Source: Octopus vulgaris (taxonomy: Eukaryota). Taken from it: a stretch of 64,000 nt of DNA. Shown piece by piece: positions 12,035 through 25,103 of the stretch. Both the position numbers and the translations under genes were made by a program. Positions within the stretch are counted from its first letter, which is position 1; each line of letters opens with the position of its first letter. Where the stretch lies: the NCBI GenBank assembly GCA_951406725.2, contig OX597816.1:81592001-81656000 (forward strand). The letters run 5' to 3'. The notes beneath the pieces were generated by a model, which saw only the letters and a list, made by a program, of their open reading frames with translations, was not told the origin of the DNA and searched no databases.

Positions 12035-14112
12035 GATAATGGTTCACTTGCATTAAACAAGGCTGCAAAGAAAGAGGTTTGGAGATGCCACTATGAAAGG
12101 TTGCTAAATAAAGAGAATGAATGGGAGAAAGAGAGTCTGCCGAATGCTGACTCAACAAAGGGACCAGCTATCCGAATTGACAGTACCTTGGTAGATAAAG
12201 CAATTAAGGGTATGAAGATAGGGAAAGCCCCTGAGCCATCAGGAATCACCGCAGAGATGCTCAAAACATCTGGTGGTGTCGGCTATAGCCGAGTCACCCA
12301 TATAGTTAACCAGGTGATACATGGAGTCATACCCAATGACTGGTGTAGCAACAACAGTCAACCGCTACAAAGGTAAAGGTGACACTTTAGATACAAATAA
12401 TTATAAAGGTATCAAGTTGTTGGATCAGGTAATGAAGGCCACGGAGAGGGACATAGCCCAACTAATTAGGGAGAGAGTTAGTCTAGATGAGATGCAGTTT
12501 GGTTTTGTGCCAGGGAAAAACACCACCGATGCTATATTTTTTGGTAAAACAGCTGCAGGAGAAATACCAAGCCAAAGATAAACCTCTGTACCTGGCTTTC
12601 ATTGACATGGAGAAAGCCTTTGACAGGGTCCCCCGATCCCTTATTTGGTGGTCAATGAGGAAACTAGGGATAGATGAATAGTTAGTGAGAGTTGTGCAAG
12701 CCATGTACAGGGATTGCTATCAGTAAGGTGAGAGTTAGCAACGAGTACAGTGAAGAATTCTGGGTAGGGTAGGGGTCCACCAAGGATCAGTCCTCAGCCC
12801 CTTCTTATTCAATCTTAGTCCTCCAGGCAATAACAGAGGAAATCAAGACAGGATGCTCCTGGGAGCTCCTCTATGTTGATGACCTTGCTCTAATTGCCGA
12901 GTCACTATCAGAACTAGAGGAAAAGTTTCAGGTGTGGAAGCAAGGATTAGAATCAAAGGGCTTTAGAGTCAACTTAGCTAAAACCAAAGTCTTAATAAGT
13001 AGGAAGGCAGACAAACCACAAATCCCTTCAGGCCGATGGCCCTGCTCAATCTGTAGAAAAGGCCTAAGTAGAAACTCCATATGATGTACCCATTGTAAGC
13101 TATGGACACATAAGAGGTGCAGCAATATCAAAGGAACTGAGAAGAAAGTTTTTGTATGTGGCAAATGCTCAGGTGCTATAAACACTGAAAATGTGCAGAG
13201 AATAGCTTCTGTCACATTCCAGGGAGAAAAACTAAAATAGTTGATAGCTTCTGTCACATTCCAGGGAGAAAAACTAAAATAGTTGATAGCTTCTGTTATC
13301 TAGGTGACCAAGTCAGTAGTGGGGGTGGATACTCTGAAAGTGTAGCTGCTAGAATAAGAATAGCCTGGGCAAAGTTCAGAGAGCTCCTACCTCTGCTGGT
13401 GACAAAGGGCCTCTCGCTCAGAGTAAAAGGTAAACTGTATGACGCATTTGTACGAACAGCCGTGCTACATGGCAGTGAAACACAGGCCATGAGTAATCTT
13501 GCAAGGAATGAAGCTAGTATGAACCGCTGGATGTGTAATGTCAATGTGCATACACGACAGAGTGTAAGCGCCCCGAAAGAAAAGTTGGCAACAAGACAAG
13601 TGAGACCATAACCCGTGGTCTATGCCAGTGGGTGTAACCAGCCCACTTATGAGTACCCCTCATTCATTGGACAATAAACTTTGCTTGTGAAGACCTATTG
13701 CAGCAAGCGAAATCAAAATCAAAATCACTGACATGGCTGATGACAGTGGAACATTAAAAGCACATCTGAGCGTGATCGTTGCCAGCATATGTGCCAGTGG
13801 CATGTGAAAAACAACATTCGAGCATGGTTGTTACCAGTGCCACCGGATGGCTCCTGTGCAGGTAGCATGTAAAAAACGCCTTTTGAGCGTCGTCAGTACC
13901 AGAACCACCTGACTGGCCCTTGTGCCGGTGGAATGTAAAAGCAACCACTAAACTCTCGGAGTGGTTGGCATTAGGAAGGGCATCCACCTGGAGAAACTTT
14001 GGCAGATCAGATTGGAGCCTGGTGCACCCTTCTGGCTTGCCAGTCCTCAGTCAAACCGTCCAACCCATGCCAGCATGAAAAGCGGATGTTAAATGATGAC
14101 GACAATGATGAT
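12035..14112 (+). mobile_element. Decayed 5'-truncated RTE-clade LINE in SF3B6 intron 1, antisense to the gene
   Basis: Frameshifted RT motifs QFGF, DMEKAFDRVPR, HQGSVLSP, YVDDL, CYLGD and HGSET. Internally repetitive 3' UTR ending in (GAT)n. Confidence 0.9.
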
Positions 14113-15841
14113 AACATTTCTCAAGCAAACAATCATTAAATCAATGAGAAGTAGACAGTACAACTGTGTAAGATTCAGATAGATTAATAAGAATGACTTA
14201 AAACTGACCAGTTGATGTTAAAAAATGTCTTCTATATATTCCATAGATACAAAAATAACCTGAAGAAAGAAGGAATGAAAGCTCAAAGATTCCTCAGCCA
14301 GAAGTAGGTTTAGAGAAGTTCAAGCTTATGTGTATGAGGAGGAGGCAGAGACAGAAACTTCAAAAATATAGGACAACTTGGAATTTCTACAAGACAATCT
14401 ATTGTGCACTACATATCAGAGCAGTGAATGGAACAATGCTCCAATCTGACAGAAGATGACATTTTAGCGGAATGTTACAGTAGGCGGAACCATAAAAGTT
14501 AAGAAACAGAAAAATTGGAAGAAAGGTCAGAGCAAGGAATAATTATCAAGTGACCACAAGAGATGAGCAGCTGAAAGTAAGGTGTTTGTCCTTTGGTTTG
14601 TCCAAATTGTTAAGAAGTTTTCTTTTCCATTGCTAGTTTGATACCATAGAGTGACATCTTGGACGAATGTTTTCTTTTACTATAAGCTTCAGGTTGACCC
14701 CAAATTTTATGAATGAGACTGGATAGACAGAAATTGAGTGCAAATTAAAAGGATGGATTTTATCTGTAATTCAAAGGTCCAGCATTGTTATACACTATAT
14801 CACACCAACTCTGAGGATTATAAGGGTACATGTGTCCATGAAATAATCAGTCACTTAATTGCTAATTTAATAGGATTCTATTTTTTGTATGAAGGGTAGA
14901 TTGTGAAATGCCTACATACCAAGTGCAATTTTACATGGTAAAATATAGGCATTGAGTATAGTTTGAGGGTGTGCTGGAAAGAAATTATGCAAGCATGCTC
15001 CACTGGATGTGTAATGTTGGTGTGCATGAATGAAAGAACACAAGAGGCAAGAGAATAGGGGATGAGAAAGATCAGATGAATTAAGACAGAAAACTCTGTT
15101 GGTATGATGCATAGAGGATGACATTGATGACATAGGTGCCAAGTGATCCAACAGGAAGAGGTGGAGTGAGGAAAACACAGGAAGAAGTAGTTGTTGACCA
15201 GAAGAATGTTTGACAAGTACCATGCACTGTAATCTGGAGTTACTCAGAAAATTAGGTGTAAATGAATGGCTTGTTTCAAGAGGCTGAATTTTATGAAGCA
15301 GATGGTAACAGTAACAAGAGGCAAGATACTGAGGTAGAGAAAACCTGTCTAATCAACACAAGTATGGAAAGAGGAGTATAAAATGATAATGATTTTTGCT
15401 TCTTTAAGATGTCTACATTAAACATATTTAATACTAACTATATTTGTTCATGTGGATGGCGTCCACGAGTAGTTTTCCTTAGTTATTTTAGTTTGAAAGT
15501 ATTGAATTCTGCAATAAAGAATATAATTAAATAACAGTTTCGTTTGAAAAATAAGTAATGCACAAGTTATGTTTAATGTTAATAAGGACCAATTGAGTCA
15601 AAATGGACTAAAATTCTAAGAGTACATAACATCTTTAACAATATACCCAGTTATTGGTATAAATCAGAAATTTACTGCATAATCTTATGAAATCAGGCTG
15701 TGTTCTTATAGTTCCATTCACATCTTTGATACTTTATAGGAGTATCCCAATTTTTAGTGCATCTGTCTTCTGCCCATTACTCGGTTTAATTTATTCGAAC
15801 TGCTAAAAATAAGTCAAATCTCTCCAAAATTACAGTTAATA

Positions 15842-15956
15842 TATAGTTCAACACCTGGTCACCAAAACAAAAGAAAAAGTCAAATTTTTGTTTTCTACAC
15901 ATTTTAAAAATCCTATTAGACTGTTTTCTGTTTTGGTGACTGGGGGTTAAACTATA
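15842..15956. mobile_element. Short TA-flanked MITE
   Basis: Imperfect terminal inverted repeats of about 30 bp: tatagttcaacacctggtcaccaaaaca / tgttttggtgactgggggttaaactata. Confidence 0.65.
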
Positions 15957-17042
15957 CACCAACCAAAATTACATGCTACCACTTCAACGAATATATTGGG
16001 CAAGCTCGGTGTACATTATACGAAGGACAAGGTAGTTATGGCTGAAATGCTTAATCAGAGCCGACTAAAATCTAAACAGAATCTCCTTGGTTTGCCAGAA
16101 AGCTGTTTAGACTTAAGTCGGTAGGAAGAAATGTATTAAATGGCAGATCAAAGGCTTACAGGCCATGGGAAACAGACTTAGTTACCTACTGCTTTGAACA
16201 AGTGTTTGGTTGCAAATATTCTTTATTCAGCAAGCTATTAAACATGTGATGACAATGAATATTCGGTTAAACTAAAGCGTTAAACCGTAGCCCTTTAAAA
16301 TACTAGTTCTAGTGCTATATGCCTATTTGTTAATTGAAGAATTCAATGGTTTTGTTTTGAAGAAATAGAGTTTAGATTCTGACATTAACCCAGATAGTAA
16401 TAATACCTATTCTCTAGTGGATAATAGTTTTAAGCAACATATAATTTCAATGTTTTGAAATCAAACTTTGTTATTATTTGGATAATACTCTGACAGGATC
16501 CTTCGAACAGATAGAAATAGAATGTGAATTCCGAATAAAAATAGTAGATGTAATGATATGTGTATGCATTGAATAAGCTTATTGGAAGACCTAGGAAGAT
16601 ATAACGAAACGTATGAGAGGGTTGAGATTACTCTTGAAAACTAGTTGTGGATATTTCATTATTTGTGGTGCCAAAATAACTGAATAATCTTTTGTTTAGT
16701 GCTAATTTTAAAACGGTTACACAAATATAATCAATCTTTTATCTATCTGGATAAATTTGCGAATGGTAATAAAGTCTGTGGAAGAACAAAAAAGAAAAAC
16801 ATTTATGCTTGTGTTTATAAATTATAAAAAATTTCAAAATAAAATGACACACGTTGTTAAAAAACGTGAACGGAACCATTACACATGAGATTCGTAGCTA
16901 AGCGAAGCCATTTGGCAAGTTATAGAGATCAAAAGGCGATAAAATAAATCAACCCAAATTATAATTAACTACGAAACTTACTTAAAATGTTAATTTATAT
17001 TGTTGAAACGGATTATAAACAAATATTTTCTTAAAAACTTAC

Positions 17043-17066
17043 GTTTCCTTTCCTTCCCATAGCCAT
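17043..17066 (-). CDS. SF3B6: SF3B6 coding exon 1 (MAMGRKGN)
   Basis: Minus strand reads caacATGGCTATGGGAAGGAAAGGAAAC|gtaagt. Phase 0 joins exon 2 to give MAMGRKGN-VRLPPEV, matching the MAMQAAKRANIRLPPEV N-terminus of SF3b p14. Confidence 0.9.
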
Positions 17067-17455
17067 GTTGCCGGTTGTTAGTTGACATTCACTAAACTAT
17101 AATGAAACCTCGTCAACTCTCCAAGTCTCGTTTACTAAGTAAGAAAACAATTTTAAAATCTTTATTATTTTTGTTTAATCATATAGCGATTACTATTTAA
17201 AATTAAAATGTTGTGATACATTTTAATTAAAATAAATTTAATTATCTTTATAAACTCTCGTCATAATTCCCCCTGTTCACCAAGTTGCATGTGTGTGTTG
17301 GCTTTCACCTGGCCGCCATCGCAGACGAAAATTACCGCAGACGTAGAATAAACTTTCATAGTGTCCGGGCAGGAAGAAAATAACATTAAGCACAAAAAAA
17401 GAAGAAAAATCATTCAAAAATATTTAAAATTAATTTCTTTTTCAAAATTTAAAAA
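17067..17455. promoter_or_regulatory. Bidirectional promoter and 5' UTRs between SF3B6 and a divergent gene
   Basis: 389 bp between two outward-facing ATGs. CpGs are retained over about 16.8-17.7 kb, unlike the flanks. YY1-like GCCGCCATC lies at about 17312. Confidence 0.65.
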
Positions 17456-17507
17456 ATGTCTGTACCTTCTAAAGACGATGAAATGTTTAGCCCGGAGAGT
17501 CCGAAGG
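17456..17507 (+). CDS. Candidate first coding exon of an unidentified divergent gene (MSVPSKDDEMFSPESPK, phase 1)
   Basis: aaaaATG context, 17 open codons plus 1 nt, strong donor AGG|gtgagt, located in the CpG-retaining island. No downstream exon was confidently found. Confidence 0.6.
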
Positions 17508-18539
17508 GTGAGTAGTTATATATATATGTATACATTTTTTTTTATGTTTCTAATGCTTGAAAAGTTGCGTGTTTACCTTTTTTGAGAAATGACGTGTTAC
17601 TCGTCACAAAGTTTTTGGTCGCGTCTGTATTTTTCTTGTCAACAGAATTATATGGCTACCCCAGGTCCTTTTAATCAATCACGATTTTCTAATTAGAAAC
17701 ACTTTGTAAATAAGCAAAGTTTTCTTTCTTTTATTTAAAAAGTAGTTTTTACTTTGTAACATCATAGGGCGGTGGTGGTAACCAGGGGCCCAAGTGTCCC
17801 AGACCAGATTTTACTAATAAAAGTTCACAAAACTTTCATAAGTTTGTGTACCGAGAAGAAAAGTGTAATTTAATGTTTGGGATAAGGAGGAACCATGCCA
17901 GAAATTTAGTTTCGCCCCTCCTAATTTCAAATCCCATTGAAGTTTTCCTTTCAATGTGCCTAGATCGATAAAATAAGTACCTGTAATACTGCTAGTATAT
18001 TGAAATCGATCGACTACTTCTACTCCCTGGCTTATTCTAAATTAAAATAATTTTTTTATCAATGTTTATACATTTTGCAAAACATTTTTCTAATGTAAAC
18101 ATGAAAGAAAAATGTTTAAAAAAGCTACAAACTTTTACATGTGTTGGCCACTTCATCTGAATAGTTATTGTGGAATATTCTGTTTCGATTTGAAATCTGC
18201 ACTCTAGGTAGACATGTGTAGATTGTGTCTAGGAAAAAAAGAAACAAATGCACTTAGTATATTTTCTTTATTTTCACCACCTTTTTTTAAATATGTCCTT
18301 TTTGAAAGTTAGAAAAAAAAAAAGGTAACATACCAGCTGTTACGTTAAATATAATTTAATTTTTGTTTTCAGATTTTGAGTTGATGTTTAAAGTTATTGA
18401 GTGTTTCAATATATGTAATATATTTATTTGAGTGTTGATAACTTAAATTTAACCCCTGAATGTAATCATTGCACATATCCCTAGATATCTAATGTGGCAG
18501 CAATTCCTTACATTAAAACAAGTCAACAATGGATCTTTT

Positions 18540-19010
18540 ACGTGGGTGCTCGGCCTGCTAATAATAGCAGCCAAATCTTCAGATCACACCTTACTGTCTT
18601 AAAAATGAAATGATACATTGAATGACAGTCATAGATAGTTAGTTACTATATCACAGAGAAAATGACAGAATACTTGAAGCTGAAACGCCTTTTATTATAG
18701 GTCACTTCGATCGGGGTTGATCTGAGGCGACCCAGTAGGCAACATGAATCCGATTGTTCATGTCTTCAACGTAGTTGCTTCGCTGTCATTCGACCTTTTA
18801 GAAATAGCAGTCGAGTATCCCTTAAGTCCCACACAACCATATTTAAAAAAGTGAATGACACTGGATAATATATAATCTTAATTCTATTATGTCTGAAAGA
18901 AAGAAAAAAAAAAAAAAGAGTGGACGAAACGGAATGGACACGGCTGTTACTTCTTTGATCACAGTTGTGCTCATACAAGGCTGACTTGGGACTATACAAA
19001 CAACTGTTAT
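18540..19010 (+). repeat. Two copies of an old dispersed repeat (ctgctagaaatagcagccaaatct… family)
   Basis: Related decayed copies at about 15800, 40180, 46700, 52110 and 57970 (plus) and about 52850, 57320 and 61330 (minus). Confidence 0.65.
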
Positions 19011-19874
19011 TTAGATACCTGACTGAATTTTTTTTTTTTTTTTTTGCATTCGTACATGTATTTACAGTTTTATCACATACACATGCACGCCTGCGCATAT
19101 GTGAAGGCCAAGCAGGCTGAAATATGTACTCTACAAAAAGTATTGAGTTATCCTTCAGTTAAATGTAAAATTGTTTTTGTCATAACTCGGCCCAAACTTT
19201 GATTGTTTTACACATTTTATTGTCATTGTGCGATTGTCTTGATTTGAATTTCCCCTGAGTTTCTGTTTAACTTGGTCCCAGTGTCTCATCTTTAAATGAA
19301 AAGCTATTTCGTTCAGTTTATTCGTGTATTCACAAACAAGCTGTTGCGGTTTTCAGAAACGTGAAACTCGGAGTATCGGTTTAGGAAATTTTCAGTTTCC
19401 AATAAATTTAATAAAACTCTACATCTTGTATTGGGTACACTCTTTTCTTCTTTTTAGCACATTTTTTTCTTGTATCAACACACTTACATATAGTTTGTGC
19501 TCTTGTGTGAGACACACCTTCAGAGAACTTTCATGCTTAAGTCTATATGATAAATTGCATTATTTTCACGCCCAGTTATCACCATTCTTGAAGTCGCTAG
19601 ACAGGTTTCTTTCTTTTTTTTTATGTCTTAAAAAAAAGGTAATATCCATGGTCTCTTTACTCTGTCCTACATTGTTATTTAGGATTTGCGATCTATCTGT
19701 CTGTAAAATTTTTGAAGCTTAGTTGTTGGGGAGAAATCGTAGCCCACCCAATTACAAACATCAAATAGATAGTATTTGTATATATTGGACTAATTTCCGA
19801 ATTAAACTAGTTTGTTCCTCTTGAAATTATGTTAGCATAAAGAAAAGTAGAGTAAAGATTTTAAAATATTAGGC

Positions 19875-20456
<582 letters not shown>

Positions 20457-20461
20457 TATAT

Positions 20462-20493
<32 letters not shown>

Positions 20494-22559
20494 CACGCAC
20501 ACACACACATTTACTGTTCATTTATGAGGAAAAAAGAAACAAATAAAACACTGCTTTGGGAAAACTTACTATTTATTATAAAAGATTTCAAAGTTAGGTA
20601 AGAGTAAAAAACCCAAACAAGCTCTGTGTCTCACTCACAAATTATGACAACAAACTTTGAAAACATTTTTCTAATTTATTGATTATATTTGTACAATTTA
20701 TATTGCTAAGATGAGTAATTTTCACTGAGAAGATTTTACACACCCACAATTAGAGGACAATTTGATTCATCTGGAATCAAATTCTGTATGAATATCTAGC
20801 TTTATATACATATATCTTTAGATGTATAGCTACTTTATTTTAGTCAGTTGCCTCTTTGAACTGAAAGATATTTGGGTATATAATCACCAAAATAAATTTA
20901 ATGTATATCAAATAAAAACCAGTGTTCAAAAACTTAATTGTTCATTTAAAATTGATTTGGATTTTAACTAAACTATTTCGAAAAACAACTTTTCAGTTTT
21001 AGAACTTGGACATGAGTTGAAATGATATGGATTCTACGTGTGAGCACTTTTGAATAGTGATTTATTTTGGTGAGCAAAGTCCATGCTTGTGATTTATTGC
21101 TAAAGAATGGCATGAACAGCATAGCTTTTTATCATCTTCCTTGACATCAATAAGATGTAGATAAATGTATTTATTATTAGCAAGTTTTTCACAGTTGTAT
21201 CTATAATTTTACTGATAAATTTAATGGGTTAGATGTGATGTGAGAAATGGGTTGGCAGAAAATAGACCATGGACTAATTAGAGAGTCTCTAATTTAGAGA
21301 CAGATATTACAAGCAAACATTTGTAGCCTGAATAGCTATTAATGTTATACAAGGCATATGTCCACCATAGCTCAGTGTAGTACTCCTACATATGGCACAG
21401 CTGTTTAACAAGAAAACTTTTACTTCACTATCATTCTATGTTATCATGAATTGTGTCCCGTACTCAGTAGACCCTGTAGTAAAACCATAACTAACTCTTC
21501 TTCCCAGTACTATATAACCTTGTGAAATGCCTTAATTCTAAGGCTTTCTTTGAAAATTTAAATGGACATTAATTAAATTAACCTCACTCAGTTTGATTCC
21601 TAAAGTTCAGAGTAGATACATGTGAAAAGACTATTGCCACTATTGTTTGTTCAGTGTAACTAATAATGATGAGATGATGATGGTGATAATGATGATTTCT
21701 TACATTGGCACAAAACCACATGTTTGTACAGTCTATTGAAACATTCCTTAGGCAATATATGGTACTTATATTGAACTTGGCTAGACAAAAAGCTAAGTCT
21801 TACAGGATTTGGACTAAGTTAAATGTTAAAAGAAAAACAACAACTTTGTAATCATGCTAAAGTAGAAAAATTATAACTTTTGCTAATCCTGTTCAATGAT
21901 ATTCAGTAGTAACATTTTACTGGGTTAATAAAATATTTTTGCAGTTATTTATGTTCTTGTATATTATATTTGTCTAACTTGATCAGATATTAAATTTTTA
22001 CTTGATTATTTTCATTACTTTGTCAAAATTCTAATTTTTTTTTTTAAACATTTTCATTTTAAAATTTGATGGTAAATATTCTGGGTAAGAATTATTACTT
22101 ATATACTATCCTGAATGAAGTTAGGACTTTTACAGTGTAAAGTATTCTGTTAATCTGTTCCGTTTATTAAACATTTGTCTGTATAAAATTAATCAGTACA
22201 TTTCAAATATTCTTTATACTACTTACTCATATACATTCCTAAAGTATTCTTTTCCAAATAATTTATAACTCCATTCTGTTCATTCACAAAAATTCTATAT
22301 ACTTTTCTAATCATCAGTGATCTCTAACAACATTGAAATATATACTAAGTACTACTAAAAAGTCAAATATTCTCTCCTACATTCTGTATTACATTCTAAG
22401 TAAAGTTAACAGTCTTTGTATATTTTTGTATGACTAACAGGTCTTTCACATTGCATTCATTTTAGTTTCAGCACAGTCTCAGATCAAATCACCTGACAAG
22501 TTCATCTCCAACATTTCTTTATTAGCTTTTAACAAAAATTCAGTATTGCTTCCCTCTAG

Positions 22560-22895
22560 GTGCAGGCGTAGCTGTGTGCTAAGAAGCTTGCTTCCCAACC
22601 ACATGATTCTGGGTTCAGTCACACTGCATGGCACCTTGGGCCAGTGTCTTCTACTATAACCTGAGGCCAACCAAAGCCTTATGAGTAGATTTGAGAAATG
22701 GAAACTGAAAGAAGCCCATCATGTGTGTGTGTGTGTGCATCAGTGCTTGTCCCCCAATACCACTTGACAACCGGAGACTGATAGAATAAGTACCAGGCTT
22801 TGAAAAAAAAAGAGTTCTAGAGTCAATTTATTTGGCTTAAAGTTCTTCAAGGCAGTGCTCCAGCATGGCCACAGTCTAATGACTGAAACTGATAA
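22560..22895 (+). mobile_element. CORE-like SINE
   Basis: Same family as 20055-20456. Confidence 0.85.
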
Positions 22896-23667
22896 CACCA
22901 CACACACACAATCAGAATTAGTTATTTAGAAAATGATTGCTTTCATTCCTAAAGGTGCAGTTTTAATTTATCAAAATTTCTTGGCTCACTACATCATGTA
23001 TGGTAGATAATGTACCCTGTTTACCATTAGGTCCTTTTATTATTATCAATGACACATTGTGTGGATTTCTAAGTTTCTGGATGATTGCATTATTTTAAGG
23101 TAAAAATAATGAATAACGAGACATGTGAGAACAGTTACTATGGACATATGAATTGATCTCCTTTTCTTCTTAGCTACTTGAGTTGAGAATTGTACCAGCA
23201 GGTTTTGATCAATATTTAGTGGACATAATTTAACCTATGTGTCTTCTTTCCCATGTCCCAATCTCTCTCTCTCTCTCTCTCTCCCTTGCAGACAGAAAGC
23301 ATTAACTCTACTACTTGTTGCTAGCGTTTAGAATTAATTTGTTAATGCTATTTCTTAAAGAAGCTATTGTTCAGAATGCTCTACTAAACTATAGATACAT
23401 GTACATAAAAAAAAATATTTAAATTGATGTGCTATGCAACTGATTGATGCCTTTTATTTGAAATTGTAAACAATATATCCGTTTTAATGCATTGAAACTT
23501 AAAGAATTCCTCAGCATCTCTGAAACAGTTTAGCTTAAATGAATTGAATATATATTATTATTACCTTGAAATTCATATTGATAATGATTGTAAGTATTTG
23601 ACACAGTTGGTAATTTAGGTTACAATGAAAACGTGAACTGGGCTTTTCTTTTTATTATTTTCCTTTC

Positions 23668-23946
23668 AAGTGTTGGGCCTCATGGAGGCAATGACTGAGA
23701 ACTTTGGCATTATGTCATGCTTGAGAAGACCCATCAAGCTAAGCAAAATTGTAGTTGTGACAGATACTGGTGTCATGCAAATAGCACCCATGCTTGTGGC
23801 ATGTAAAAGCACTCATTACACTCTCAGAGTGGATGGTGTTAGGAAGGGCATCTAGCCATAGAAAACCATGCCAAATCAGCTTACCAGTCCTGGTCAAACC
23901 GTCCAACCCATGCCAGCATGGACAATGGACGTTAAATGATGATGAA
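23668..23946 (+). mobile_element. RTE 3'-UTR-only copy
   Basis: Matches the 3' UTR and tail of the 13.9-14.1 kb element. Confidence 0.8.
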
Positions 23947-24876
23947 TACATTCTTTTATTTTATATTTATTTTTCCTATATGATATAATGGAACAATGCT
24001 TTGTGGTCTAAATATTTTATTTAAATAGCTAATATTTTTCATGTAAAGTAGTCTATTTTGTTTATTTTATATATTTACTAGTTTTCATCAGAAAACAGTT
24101 TCTTGTTATAACTTTTCCAGAAAATTACTTAATGTGAATACAGGAATGATGAGTGTTTAGCCTATAAAATGTCTCCAGTTCCTAGTATTTATCTGCTTAA
24201 CTTCACTAACATTACTGACTGTTTTGAGGAAAGGGAATGATGCACATCCTTTTTTTTTCTTTTTTCCCTTTTTTTTTGTATAAATATATCTCCTTGTTCC
24301 ATCAAAAGGTGTATTTACAAATACTGCACCAATGTTTAAACACTGTGTCTCATAAAACAGAATCATTCCTAAATTTCATTTTAAAGAAAAGATTTGACTC
24401 TTTTTACCTCTGGTAGAGACTGAATATCTAAGAATAGTCAAAAAATGAAACCCAATACCATCAGCACTGTAAGAAAAAACATCCAATCCACCCTACAAAA
24501 ACACCTTTAAAATGTTTCAATAATGAGTTAAGGGCTAGATACACCTCTTTAGAAATGTTTAATACATGGCAAAATTAAACCGTTAAAACATTTTATAGTT
24601 TTATTTCCTCATCAGTTATGTTTGATAAAATGTAGACATTTGTATGATGTTTTGGATGAGGTGTTTTACTCTTTGCTAATAGCAGTAGAAAAGCAAAATA
24701 TTAAACTGGTGATGATGTTAGACCCAAGTAGAATTAATATTTTATCCTAAGACACTTATCATATATGTTTTAATTCAATGTACCACAAATAAAAAAATCT
24801 TTTAATTACTACTATTGTGATTCTGTGATTGTTTTCAGTTATCCATTTTGTTCATAAGATTTTATAGCACTAACAC

Positions 24877-25103
24877 TTAACCCTTTAGTGTTCAGATTAT
24901 TCTATCAAACATAATGCTTATTGATTCACATTGATTTGAATTAATCATGCATTATCTCATATCTTCAAGATCTTGATGGTGTAATTACTTAATGTAGAAT
25001 AACATTGTAGGGTAGATGTGAGAGCCTGGATCTGGTCAGTTTGAACATAAAACAGATTAACTATTTTGGCCAGATATGGCCGGTTTAAATACTAAAGGGT
25101 TAA
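24877..25103 (-). mobile_element. piggyBac-type MITE, inverted near-twin of 1965-2184
   Basis: Same TSD and TIR. The body aligns almost base for base in reverse complement. Confidence 0.88.

Noticed and set aside
17456-17507. Assigning the divergent gene to the TPD52 family from SPxKG similarity
   Set aside because: A few residues of low-complexity resemblance are not enough, so no symbol is given.
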